Source: Vicinamibacterales bacterium
Lineage (GTDB): Bacteria; Acidobacteriota; Vicinamibacteria; Vicinamibacterales; JAMQPK01
Assembly (NCBI GenBank): GCA_963825295.1
Contig: CAWGSZ010000009.1
Coordinates: 1,618,642-1,682,641, forward strand
Length of the DNA: 64,000 nucleotides
Direction of reading: 5' to 3'
The number at the start of each line of letters is the position of its first letter. Position 1 is the stretch's first letter. The notes under the pieces are model-generated. The model was not told the DNA's origin, did not search any database, and saw nothing but the letters and a program-made list of their open reading frames with translations. The translations under genes and the position numbers were made by a program. Positions 27,067 through 36,167 of this stretch are shown here, piece after piece.

Positions 27067-27998
27067 ATCACGCGCGCACCCTGACTGCTCACCTTTCCTG
27101 CGAACAGATCGCTTTCGAGGCCGGCCGCCGATCGGAATGCGGTCTGCATGGCCGCGCCGATCCGTTCGGCGGCGATCACGCTCTCCGCAAACGCAAACAC
27201 CGAGGGTCCGGACCCGGCGATCGAACACCCCAGCCCTCCGGCCTCGAGCGCGGCCCTCTTGACCGCATCAAATCCCGGAATCAGCCGCGAGCGGAGCGGC
27301 TCGACCAGACGGTCTTCGACGCTGCGTCCCACCAGCCCCAGATCACCACGGCCAAGACCCGCGACAAGCGCCGCCACGTTGCCCAGATTCGGCACGATGT
27401 CGTCGAGCGCGTACGTACGCCCCTTCACCAGACGCCGCGCCTCGGCCGTGGATACTTCGCAATGGGGGTGCACCACGCTGATGTGCAGCGTGTCGGGGAA
27501 CGGCAGCCGAATGACCTCGAATGGTTGATAGCTGCGGACGAGCACGATGCCCCCCATGACGCTCGGCGCCACGTTGTCGGCATGGGGCGTCCCCGATGCG
27601 GCGCGCTCCCCTTCCATCGCACTCGCGACAACGTCGGTCTCGGCGAGCGGCCTGCCCAGCAACTCGTTGACGGCGACGGCGCCGGCCGCGCTGCTCGCGC
27701 CAGAGCTGCCAAGCCCGCTCGCCAGCGGCATCTGCTTGTGCAACCAGAGCCGCACGCCTCGATTCGCGCCGGTGCGTCGCAGGACATCGGCCGCGGCACG
27801 TCCCACCACGTTCTTGCCGGCATCGCGGCTCAAGAGTCCACGATCGCCCGTGACCTCCACGATTTCGATGCCGGGGCGATCGGTCAGCTCGGCCTCGAGC
27901 TCGTCGCCGGGCCGGCTGAGCGCCAGTCCGAGCACATCGAATCCTGGCCCGAGATTCGCTACGGTTGCGGGTGCGAAGACGCGAATTCGTCGGTTCAT
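27063..27998 (-). CDS. thrB: Homoserine kinase
   Basis: 311 aa. The N-terminus VFAPATVANLGPGFDVLGLAL and the GHMP motif PLASGLGSSGASSAAG are present. Confidence 0.9.
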   Translation of the reverse strand: MNRRIRVFAPATVANLGPGFDVLGLALSRPGDELEAELTDRPGIEIVEVTGDRGLLSRDAGKNVVGRAAADVLRRTGANRGVRLWLHKQMPLASGLGSSGASSAAGAVAVNELLGRPLAETDVVASAMEGERAASGTPHADNVAPSVMGGIVLVRSYQPFEVIRLPFPDTLHISVVHPHCEVSTAEARRLVKGRTYALDDIVPNLGNVAALVAGLGRGDLGLVGRSVEDRLVEPLRSRLIPGFDAVKRAALEAGGLGCSIAGSGPSVFAFAESVIAAERIGAAMQTAFRSAAGLESDLFAGKVSSQGARVI

Positions 27999-28081
27999 TC
28001 GAAGTTTCGAGAGAGTATCACGGCATTTCGATTACAAAATCGAAACGGCGTGACACGGAATGGCACACTGAGGTTCCGGGC

Positions 28082-28591
28082 ATGATGAGGCAGTTGTCGA
28101 TCACAATCGGCCTTCTCGCGCTGTTCACCGCGAGCGCGTCTTCACAGGTGGTCCAACCTGTGGGCTCGCCGGGCGCCCCCACCACGGTGGGTACGTCCGT
28201 GAAAAAGGGCGAGGCTCTGATCAATGGCACCGCCGCCGATACCAACTCGGTGCCGCTCCCGAATGCGACCGTGCGCCTGCGCAATCTCGCCGACAACCGG
28301 ATCGAACAGGTGGCGATCTCGGATCAGCTCGGGAAGTTCAGTTTCATCGCACGGCCCGAGATTCCATACGTCGTCGAAGTGTCCGATCGCCTGGGTCACC
28401 TGCTCGCTGTCGGGGACGTCATCATCGTCCAGGCCGGCGAGGTCGCAGCGGCCGCGGTGATGATCCCCTCGCGCCTGCCCGGCATAGCCGGCTTGTTCGG
28501 CCAAACGGCCAACTCCGTGCTCTCGGTGGCATCGTTGGCGGGCATGGCGGTCGTCGATCCAGACGACCCGCCGCTCAGCCCCGAAAAATAG
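28082..28591 (+). CDS. Secreted carboxypeptidase-regulatory-like domain protein
   Basis: Signal peptide MMRQLSITIGLLALFTASASSQ followed by INGTAADTNSVPLPNATVRLRNLADNRIEQVAISDQLGKFSF (CarboxypepD_reg-like beta-sandwich pattern). The track ORF starts earlier, at 27965. Confidence 0.5.
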   Translation: MMRQLSITIGLLALFTASASSQVVQPVGSPGAPTTVGTSVKKGEALINGTAADTNSVPLPNATVRLRNLADNRIEQVAISDQLGKFSFIARPEIPYVVEVSDRLGHLLAVGDVIIVQAGEVAAAAVMIPSRLPGIAGLFGQTANSVLSVASLAGMAVVDPDDPPLSPEK

Positions 28592-28646
28592 GTTTCCAGC
28601 CGTTCGCAAATTAACGAATCAAAAGCGAAGATCGTGCTTCGCGGCA

Positions 28647-28675
28647 TTGACAGAATGTCGTTAAAATTCTATACT
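28647..28675 (+). promoter_or_regulatory. Sigma-70-type promoter TTGACA-N17-TATACT upstream of the Wzc-like operon
   Basis: TTGACA at 28647..28652, a 17-nt spacer, then TATACT at 28670..28675, in an AT-rich spacer about 55 nt upstream of the 28730 start. Sequence match only. Confidence 0.5.
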
Positions 28676-28729
28676 GTCATATATAGTTCGTTATTGTTCC
28701 TGTCGAAAACTCAACCCTAAGCCGATAAA

Positions 28730-31000
28730 TTGCTAAGCGAAATGGACCCGAGTCAACGGCCCACCGCCCTTACCGCCGCGCGCCAGTCCGCATCATCTGC
28801 CGCCTCGAAACATGGGCTGTTTCCGACGGACTCGGATACGCATCTGCTCGACCGGCTGAACGCGATCTACAAGTACCGGTACGTCGTCGTCACGATCTTC
28901 CTGCTCGTGTTGCTGGCGGTCACCATCCGGACCTACACCACCACGCCGATGTACCGTTCGACGACCAGCGTGCTCATCGAGGAAGACCGCACGTCTTCCG
29001 TCGCCGGCTTCAGCACACAGACACCCAGCGACTACACGCAGGACTCCGAGCCCTACTACCAGACCCAGCTTCGCATCCTGACCGGGCGCGAGCTTGCCAC
29101 CCGCGTCGCGGACAAGCTGAAGCTCGCCAGCGTCCCGGAGTTCAACGGTCAGGGGGCGGCGCGTACGGGACTCGCCTCGGTGCTCGACACGATGAAGCAG
29201 CAGGTGAAGGGCCTCGTGCGTCAAGCCACCGGAGCGGCCCCGTCAAGCACGCCGGCCCCAAAGCCGACCTCGGCCGATCTCGCCAACGGGTTCCTCGGTG
29301 CGGTCCAGGTGGAGCAGATTCGAGGGAGCCGGCTGTTCAACGTCTCTGTTACGTCGTCCGATCCCCAGTTCGCCGCCCGGGCGGCCGACACGCTTGCGTC
29401 GGAGTACGTGCACTTCAATCTGGAGTACCGCACCGACGCCACGCGCAAGAGTTTGGACTTCCTCGCCGGCGAAATCGCCAAGCAGCAGAAGAAGGTCGAA
29501 GACAGCGAGCGCGCGATGGCGGAATACCGCGAGACGAACAACGCGCTGTCGCTCGAGGATCGCCAGAACACCGTCGTCGCGAGCCTGAATCAGGTGAACG
29601 ACCAGTACACGCGCATCAGGACCGAGCGGATTCAGAAGGAAGCGCTCTACAACCAGATCAAGTCGCTGCCGCCGGCGTCGGTGGGCGACGCGCCGGCCGT
29701 GTCCTCGAACCCGGTGGTGCAGAGCCTGCGCACCCGGCTCGCCGAGCTGCTGCGCCAGAAGGTGCAGCTCAACGAACGCTACGGTCCCAAGAACCCGCAG
29801 GTGATCGAGAACGAAAACGCCATCATCGACACGACCAAGCAGCTGCAAGCCGCGCTCAATGCGGCGGTGCAGGCGATCCGCAGCGAATACGAGACGGCGC
29901 GCGCGACCGAAGCGCGCCTGGCCGGCGAGCTCAAACAGTCGCAGAGCGCCTCGATGGATCTGAACCGCAAGAGCGTCGGCTACACGGTGCTCGAACGCGA
30001 GGCTCAGAGCAATCGCGCGGTGTACGAAGCGCTGCTGCAGCGGCAGAACGAGCTGCAGATCGTGAGCAACAGCGGCGGCAACAACGCGCGCCTGATGGAT
30101 CGCGCGGTCGTGCCGGATACGCCGTTCACGCCCGACGTGCGCCGCAACTATCTGCTGGGCACGCTGGCCGGGCTGCTGCTCTCACTCGGACTGGTGCTCG
30201 CGATCGACTACCTCGACGACACCGTGAAAACGCCCGAAGACATCACGCGCCGCCTCAAGCTGCCGTTCCTCGGGCTGGTGCCGGCGGTCAAGGGCAACAA
30301 TCACCCGATCCTGTCGCAGGAAGTGCCCCACGAATTCGGCGAAGCGTTCCGCGCGCTCCGCACGTCGCTGGTGTTCAGCAGCGGCACCGAGGGCACGCGC
30401 GTCATCGGTTTCACGAGCGCCCAGCCGCTCGAGGGGAAAACGACGACCGCCTGCAACATGGCGATCGCGCTCGCCTATGGTGGTTCGCGCGTGCTGCTCA
30501 TCGACGCCGACATGCGGCGCCCGAGCGTCTCGCGCACCCTGGGCATCGAGAACAACATCGGATTGTCGCACCTGCTTACGGGACAGGCGACCGCACGACA
30601 GGCGATTCGCAGCACGAGCGTTCAGAATCTCTGGGTGATGACCGCGGGGCTCACGCCGCCGAATCCGTCCGAACTGCTCGCGTCGGACAGGATGAAAACG
30701 CTCATCTCGAACGTGCAGTCGGGGCCGTTCGACTGGGTCCTCATCGACACGCCGCCAGTGCTGGCGGTGACCGATGCCGTGATTATCGCGCCGTGGGTCT
30801 CGGGCGTGGTGTTCGTGATCGGATCGGAGATGACTCAGCGGCGCCTGGCCGAACGGGCGGTCGAGACGCTGATGACCAGCCGTCCGCACGTGCTCGGCGC
30901 GGTGCTCAATCGCGTTGACATCATTCGCAACAAGTACTATTACTCGCGGTACTACGGCTACAAGTACAAGAACTACTACGTCAAATCCACCGCGGCATAG
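28730..31000 (+). CDS. Polysaccharide co-polymerase / tyrosine autokinase (Wzc/GumC-like)
   Basis: 756 aa. Wzz-like N-terminus with a TM helix, a long coiled-coil periplasmic region and a second TM helix. C-terminal P-loop kinase (TSAQPLEGKTTTACNMA, LLIDADMRRP, VLIDTPP) with a Tyr-rich tail YYYSRYYGYKYKNYY. Confidence 0.9.
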   Translation: MLSEMDPSQRPTALTAARQSASSAASKHGLFPTDSDTHLLDRLNAIYKYRYVVVTIFLLVLLAVTIRTYTTTPMYRSTTSVLIEEDRTSSVAGFSTQTPSDYTQDSEPYYQTQLRILTGRELATRVADKLKLASVPEFNGQGAARTGLASVLDTMKQQVKGLVRQATGAAPSSTPAPKPTSADLANGFLGAVQVEQIRGSRLFNVSVTSSDPQFAARAADTLASEYVHFNLEYRTDATRKSLDFLAGEIAKQQKKVEDSERAMAEYRETNNALSLEDRQNTVVASLNQVNDQYTRIRTERIQKEALYNQIKSLPPASVGDAPAVSSNPVVQSLRTRLAELLRQKVQLNERYGPKNPQVIENENAIIDTTKQLQAALNAAVQAIRSEYETARATEARLAGELKQSQSASMDLNRKSVGYTVLEREAQSNRAVYEALLQRQNELQIVSNSGGNNARLMDRAVVPDTPFTPDVRRNYLLGTLAGLLLSLGLVLAIDYLDDTVKTPEDITRRLKLPFLGLVPAVKGNNHPILSQEVPHEFGEAFRALRTSLVFSSGTEGTRVIGFTSAQPLEGKTTTACNMAIALAYGGSRVLLIDADMRRPSVSRTLGIENNIGLSHLLTGQATARQAIRSTSVQNLWVMTAGLTPPNPSELLASDRMKTLISNVQSGPFDWVLIDTPPVLAVTDAVIIAPWVSGVVFVIGSEMTQRRLAERAVETLMTSRPHVLGAVLNRVDIIRNKYYYSRYYGYKYKNYYVKSTAA

Positions 31001-31034
31001 GACGTCCGCGCCGCCTGGCGCCTGGGCCGCCGCG

Positions 31035-32474
31035 TTGATTCTGGCGTGGGTGACGTTCCCGGCGGGCGGCGTGTATCCGATGGTGTGGATCCCCGCGGCC
31101 TGCGGCGTCGTGCTGCTGGCCCTCGTGGTCAGGCCGCGAATCATCGGCGACATGGCGGCTCGAACCGCCGATATCGCGCTCGTCCTCTCGGTCGCCGCCA
31201 TCCTTCTTCAACTCGTTCCCCTGCCTCAGTCCCTTCTGCGGGCGATCGATCCGAACGCGCTTGGCGTGCGCGCCTCGTTGTGGCTGATGGTTCCGCCCGC
31301 GGATGCCGATGCACGCGTACTCCCCATCAGCATCGTTCCGGCCGATACGGTCGCGGCGCTCGGTATCGTTGCCTGCGCGGTCCTCTTTTTCTGGACGTGC
31401 CGTCAGATCTGCGAAGCCGGCGGCGCCGGCCGGCTGATTCGCGCGATTGCCGTCATCGGCCTCGTCGCCTCGATTGCCGCGATCGTGCAGCGCTCGCAGA
31501 GCCACGACTTGCTGTACGGCATCTGGCGCCCGATCGATCCCGGCGCGCGCCCGTACGGCCCGTTCGTGAATCGCAATCACTTTGCCACGTGGGTGGTGAT
31601 GGCGTGTCCGCTCGTCTTTGGCTACCTGCTCGCGCGTGCGCCCAACCATCCGCCGGCGCATCTGATGGCGCAGCGGCTGGCCGCGGCGTTGAAGCAGCTG
31701 GGCTCGATGCGCATCTGGCTCGTCGCATCGGTGTCGGTGATGGCGCTTGCCGTGCTCATCTCGGCTTCGCGCTCGGGGCTCATCGGGTTGATGTCGGCGA
31801 TGAGCGTCAGCCTGCTGTTGCGGCGTGGCCAAACGGGCCCGGCCATCCGCCGCTGGACGATCCTTCAGGGTACGCTGCTCGTGGTCGTCGCGCTGTCGTT
31901 TGCGAACTTCGACGCGCTCATCCAACGCTTCGACCAGACGCTCGTCAAGTCCGACGCCGGACGCGGACGATCGGCGATCTGGTCCGACGCGGGACGCGTG
32001 ATTCACCATTTCGCGCTGACCGGTTCGGGTGCGGGGACCTTCGGCAGCGCGGTCGCCGTTTACCAGACCGCGGAACCGGGATACTCTATCGGCAACGCCC
32101 ACAATCACTATCTGCAATTGGCGGCGGAAGGAGGCCTGCTGATTGGGGCACCTGCCGTTCTAGGCCTCTGCGCGTTCTTCGCGCTCGGAGCCCGCAGGCT
32201 GAAAGAGGACGCGAGCGGTAATTACCTCGTGCGGGCTGGAGCCGTGGCCGGCATCACGGCCGTGCTCGTGCAGAGCTTCTGGGAGACGGGGCTGAGAATG
32301 CCCGCCAACGCCATGCTGCTGGCCGTACTGGCCGCTGTCGCGACCTGTTCGGCCGAGGCGCGAGCGGGACGACGTGTCGCGGGTGTTCGCGCGAGCGGTT
32401 CCGCCGGAGGTCGCCGGATGGCCACGAACGACAGCGGAAGCGTGGCTGGGAGCCCACGCGACGAACAATGCTGA
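31035..32474 (+). CDS. O-antigen ligase/polymerase-like (Wzy_C domain) membrane protein
   Basis: Polytopic, with the motif GNAHNHYLQLAAEGGLLIG typical of O-antigen ligase-like proteins. The start is uncertain (TTG 31035, GTG 31050 or ATG 31080); the track ORF starts at 30915, inside wzc. Confidence 0.7.
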   Translation: MILAWVTFPAGGVYPMVWIPAACGVVLLALVVRPRIIGDMAARTADIALVLSVAAILLQLVPLPQSLLRAIDPNALGVRASLWLMVPPADADARVLPISIVPADTVAALGIVACAVLFFWTCRQICEAGGAGRLIRAIAVIGLVASIAAIVQRSQSHDLLYGIWRPIDPGARPYGPFVNRNHFATWVVMACPLVFGYLLARAPNHPPAHLMAQRLAAALKQLGSMRIWLVASVSVMALAVLISASRSGLIGLMSAMSVSLLLRRGQTGPAIRRWTILQGTLLVVVALSFANFDALIQRFDQTLVKSDAGRGRSAIWSDAGRVIHHFALTGSGAGTFGSAVAVYQTAEPGYSIGNAHNHYLQLAAEGGLLIGAPAVLGLCAFFALGARRLKEDASGNYLVRAGAVAGITAVLVQSFWETGLRMPANAMLLAVLAAVATCSAEARAGRRVAGVRASGSAGGRRMATNDSGSVAGSPRDEQC

Positions 32475-33214
32475 GAGTGGGCTTCGATCTCGACGGCGTG
32501 GTCGCGGATTTCCGTACGGCGTTTCTCGACGCGGCGGCCAGAGTGCTCGGCCGCGAAGCCATTCAGCGGCCATCGTCGCCGATGCCCGACTACGACGCCG
32601 TGTCGGCGGCCGACGCCAAGCGCGTGTGGAAGGTGATTACCGAGACGCCGAACTGGTGGGTCGGGCTCGCGCCGTACGAACCAGCACAAATCGCGCGGCT
32701 CTATCAGCTCGCGCGCCGGTACCGATGGGAAGTGTCGTTTCTCACTTCGCGCATCCCCACCGCTGGCGACTCCGTTCAGGTTCAAAGCCAGGCCTGGCTC
32801 GAAGCGTACGGCTTCTACATGCCGGCCGTCGTCACCGTTCCGGGCTCGCGGGGCGAGATCGCCAACGCGCTGCGTCTGGATCTCGTCATCGACGATCAGT
32901 TCCTGAACTGCCTCGAAGTGGTCGGCGCGTCCCAGTCAAAAGCGATCCTCATCCTGCAGATGGGCGACGACACGCTGGAACAGCAGGCGACCGACCGCGG
33001 CATCGGCGTCGTGCATCGCCTCGAGGAAGTTCTCGAGGTGTTGATCCAGCTGCAGGATTTCCTTCCCCAGAAGCGCGGCGTGGTCATGCGTCTTGCGGAC
33101 TGGTTCTCGCGCAAGGAGCCTGAGAGCCACATTCTGCCGATGAATCCTCGCGCGGCCAGACCGGTACCGCCTCACTCCGATTCAGCCTCTTCTAACAAAA
33201 CAGGAGGGGATTAG
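32468..33214 (+). CDS. HAD-superfamily hydrolase (5'(3')-deoxyribonucleotidase-like)
   Basis: N-terminal GFDLDGVVADF (DxDG HAD motif I). 248 aa. Overlaps the preceding gene by 7 nt. Confidence 0.5.
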   Translation: MLRVGFDLDGVVADFRTAFLDAAARVLGREAIQRPSSPMPDYDAVSAADAKRVWKVITETPNWWVGLAPYEPAQIARLYQLARRYRWEVSFLTSRIPTAGDSVQVQSQAWLEAYGFYMPAVVTVPGSRGEIANALRLDLVIDDQFLNCLEVVGASQSKAILILQMGDDTLEQQATDRGIGVVHRLEEVLEVLIQLQDFLPQKRGVVMRLADWFSRKEPESHILPMNPRAARPVPPHSDSASSNKTGGD

Positions 33215-33262
33215 GAGAAATTCTTTTCGAACAGAATTCTCCTGACCTCTTGATCTCCTGTT
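33197..33262. repeat. Intergenic hairpin repeat, copy C; possible bidirectional terminator
   Basis: aacaggaggggattaggagaaattcttttcgaacagaattctcctgacctcttgatctcctgtt lies between the convergent 3' ends at 33214 (+) and 33277 (-). It shares the TTCTTTT..GAA..AGAATTCTCCTGA core with copy B. Confidence 0.55.
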
Positions 33263-33276
33263 GGAATGGTCTGGGA

Positions 33277-34467
33277 TTAGAAGGCGAGCCGGCGAAGGAC
33301 TAACTGCCGGACGGGGGGGTGCTTCAAGAGCGCGAGGATCAGCTGGCGGTGTCGGTTGAAGGTCGCCGTGCGGCGCACGATCGGCATGACGCCGTCGGTG
33401 CGCGCCAGCTCGAAGAGGGCTTCGATGTCGGCATCGCTCATGCGGTGCGCGACCAGGCGCAGCTTGATCTGCGCCTGGAATTCCGCCGAGAGCCGCTCGC
33501 GCCACAGACGTTCGTACGGCGCCAGCTTGTCGGCAGTCAGCTCGTCTTTCGGAAGCGCCTTCCCCAGCACATCCGCGGCCAGCGAGGCGCTGAGCAGGCT
33601 GTAGTAGATGCCACCGCCGGTTGTCGGCTTCACGAGACCCGCGGCATCGCCGATCGCCAGCAGTCGATCGCCATACGTCCGCGGGAGCGGCGCCAGCGGA
33701 AGGAGCTTCTGCCTCGGGCGCCGCATGGCCGACTCGTCGATGCCCCAGCGGCCGCTCACGCGGGCGGCCAGCCGGTCGAAATACCGCGGCGCCTCGCTCT
33801 CGCACATGACGCCGATGCGCGCGCACTGCTGCGTATTCCGCACGACCGGCACGACCCAGCCGAAGCCCTTCGGCGCAATCTCGCTGCCGAAATGCAGCTC
33901 GACGTCGCCGAGATGACAGGCGGGCAGCTCGATCTGCGCCGTATTGAGGAACATCCGCGGCATGCCGAGACCGACCTGGCGATGAAGCGCGTAGTTCGCG
34001 CCACAGGCAAGAATCGCGACCCTTGCGTGGATGTCGCCATGCGCGGTCTTCACCGTGACACCCTTGCGATCGATCTGCAGCGCCGACGCTCTCGCGCCTT
34101 CCTGGACGACAAGCCCGGCCTGACGGGCGGTCGCCGAGAGCTCCTGGTCGAATGCGCGTCGATCCACAACCACCGCTTCAACGCGGCCGCTCGAATAGCT
34201 CACTTGAGCGCCGGCCGGAGACCAGAAGCGTGCGGTCGTCAGCTCGTTCAAGAGCGAGCGGCGCGAGAGATTGAATTCCTGGAATGCCTCGGCGGCGAGG
34301 ACGCCCGTGCAATGCACGGGCTCGCCCACAGCGGGATGTTCTTCAAGCAGGACGGTGTCGAAGCCGGCAGCAGCCAGTCGCGCTCCGGCGTAGAGCCCGG
34401 CGGGGCCTCCGCCGATAATCGCCACATCCCGCATCGCGGGCATTCTATCGCTAAAACTTGCGCTCAC
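33277..34467 (-). CDS. FAD-dependent oxidoreductase, geranylgeranyl-reductase family
   Basis: VAIIGGGPAGLYAGARLAAAGFDTVLLEE dinucleotide fold, and a C-terminal ...AIGDAAGLVKPTTGGGIYYS motif typical of this family. Confidence 0.7.
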   Translation of the reverse strand: MSASFSDRMPAMRDVAIIGGGPAGLYAGARLAAAGFDTVLLEEHPAVGEPVHCTGVLAAEAFQEFNLSRRSLLNELTTARFWSPAGAQVSYSSGRVEAVVVDRRAFDQELSATARQAGLVVQEGARASALQIDRKGVTVKTAHGDIHARVAILACGANYALHRQVGLGMPRMFLNTAQIELPACHLGDVELHFGSEIAPKGFGWVVPVVRNTQQCARIGVMCESEAPRYFDRLAARVSGRWGIDESAMRRPRQKLLPLAPLPRTYGDRLLAIGDAAGLVKPTTGGGIYYSLLSASLAADVLGKALPKDELTADKLAPYERLWRERLSAEFQAQIKLRLVAHRMSDADIEALFELARTDGVMPIVRRTATFNRHRQLILALLKHPPVRQLVLRRLAF

Positions 34468-35062
34468 GGGCTTCCCATGTGCCGCGGAAGGTGATCCAGA
34501 ACGACAGGAGAATGAGCCGCACGTCGAGCCAGAACGACTGACGGCGGATGTAGAGCCGGTCGTACCGGAACTTGTGACGTCTGGTGATGTCGCGTGGTGC
34601 GTAAATCTGTGCGATGCCGGTCAAGCCTGGAACGACCGCACAGCGCGCCTGGAATCCCGGGACCTCCTCGAGGCGCTCCATGCTGCCACGACCGTTCACC
34701 TCGATCTCGCCGGGACGCAGCGCCCGCGGCCCGACGAAACTCATGTCGCCCCGGAAGATGTTCCAGAGCTGCGGCAGCTCGTCCATCGCGGTCGCCCGCA
34801 TCAGCCGGCCGACTTTCGTCACGCGAGCGTCGTTCTCGGCGGCCTGAAGCGGCCCCACGCGTGCCTCGGCATCGGGAACCATCGATCGGAATTTCAACGC
34901 GAGGAAGGGGCGTCCGCGTCTTCCGACGCGTTCCTGGGTGAAGAAAATGGGCCCGGCGTCTTCGAGTTTGATCGCCCCGGCAAGGATGAGCGCCACGGGT
35001 GCGGAGAGGATCAACCCGCAGCCCGCGAGCAGGATGTCAAGCAACCGTTTGGCGCCGGACAC
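34451..35062 (-). CDS. Polyprenyl-phosphate sugar-1-phosphate transferase (bacterial sugar transferase, priming enzyme)
   Basis: KRLLDILLAGCGLILSAPVALILAGAIKLEDAGPIFFTQERVGRRGRPFLALKFRSM...DELPQLWNIFRGDMSFVGPRA matches the family. Start at GTG 35062. Confidence 0.8.
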   Translation of the reverse strand: MSGAKRLLDILLAGCGLILSAPVALILAGAIKLEDAGPIFFTQERVGRRGRPFLALKFRSMVPDAEARVGPLQAAENDARVTKVGRLMRATAMDELPQLWNIFRGDMSFVGPRALRPGEIEVNGRGSMERLEEVPGFQARCAVVPGLTGIAQIYAPRDITRRHKFRYDRLYIRRQSFWLDVRLILLSFWITFRGTWEARERKF

Positions 35063-36167
35063 CTGTGCCTCCGATTTCGTGATACGTCGCGAGAATCGCG
35101 TTGACCATGCGGTCGACGGCAAACACCGATCGGGCACGCTCGGCCGCGGCCGTGCCCATCTTCTGCCGCTCCATGGGATTGCCCAACAGGCGTTCGATGG
35201 CGTCGCGCAGGGCAACCGGGTCATGCGGTGGAACCACGAGGCCTGTTTCTCCGTGCACGTTGACCCATGACACGCCGGTACCGAGCTCCGTGCTCACGAC
35301 GGGCTTCGCGCGCGACATCGCTTCGATCTGTACCACGCCGAACGCTTCCTGGCGCGTGACCGACGGCAGCACGAAGAGGTCGCACGCGCCATAGAGCGCG
35401 GCCAGCTCGTCGTTGCTCACCTGTCCGGCAAACCTCACACGATCGGAAATACCAGCCGCGTGCGCCTGTGCTTCGAGCGCGCCTTTGAGCGGTCCATCGC
35501 CCACAATGACCGCGGCCGCCGACGAATCGCGCAGGGCGTCGATCAGAACGTCCACACCCTTGTAACCCACGAGCCGTCCGACGAAGAGCACGAAGGGCTG
35601 CTTCATCTCGCGTCGAATCTCTTCGGCGCGCGCCGCCACGCTCGCGGATTCGACGGGCCGTTCGATGCCGAAAGGAATCACCACGCATTTCGAACGCCAT
35701 TCCTGCAGCGCCGGCGCCGTTTCCGAGAGCGGCGCCGACGACACGACGATACGCGCGGCGCTCTTGAGCGCGAACCGGAGAAACGGCCGGTAGAAGAGCC
35801 TGTACCGCCAGCTCGGCCGGATGACGTCGCTGTGGAACCAGACGATGAGCCGCGCGCTGGGCCGCACGAGGAAATAGGCAACCAGCGCGATTGGGTTGGG
35901 CTCGTGCAGGACGATCAGATCGGCGTCCTCGCGCGCGAGCTGCGCAGGAAACCCTGGACAGACGGCCACGGCGCCGATTTTCACGATCAATGGAAGCCGG
36001 ACCACTTCCACCGCGCCATCGAGCTCCTCGACGCGCGCAAACCGATCGTTGGCGGCGAGCACCCGGTTCTGCACGTGATGGGTCGTCTCGCGGCAAATGA
36101 GGCGCACGATGGCTTCGATGCCGCCCTTCGCCGGCGGGTAGAACTTGCCCAGGTGGAGCACCTTCAC
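35037..36167 (-). CDS. Glycosyltransferase family 4
   Basis: VKVLHLGKFYPPAKGGIE N-terminus and a C-terminal ...CDLFVLPSVTRQEAFGVVQIEAMSRAKPVVSTELGTG motif (EX7E-type). GTGA overlap with the upstream gene. Confidence 0.8.
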   Translation of the reverse strand: MKVLHLGKFYPPAKGGIEAIVRLICRETTHHVQNRVLAANDRFARVEELDGAVEVVRLPLIVKIGAVAVCPGFPAQLAREDADLIVLHEPNPIALVAYFLVRPSARLIVWFHSDVIRPSWRYRLFYRPFLRFALKSAARIVVSSAPLSETAPALQEWRSKCVVIPFGIERPVESASVAARAEEIRREMKQPFVLFVGRLVGYKGVDVLIDALRDSSAAAVIVGDGPLKGALEAQAHAAGISDRVRFAGQVSNDELAALYGACDLFVLPSVTRQEAFGVVQIEAMSRAKPVVSTELGTGVSWVNVHGETGLVVPPHDPVALRDAIERLLGNPMERQKMGTAAAERARSVFAVDRMVNAILATYHEIGGTGVRRQTVA

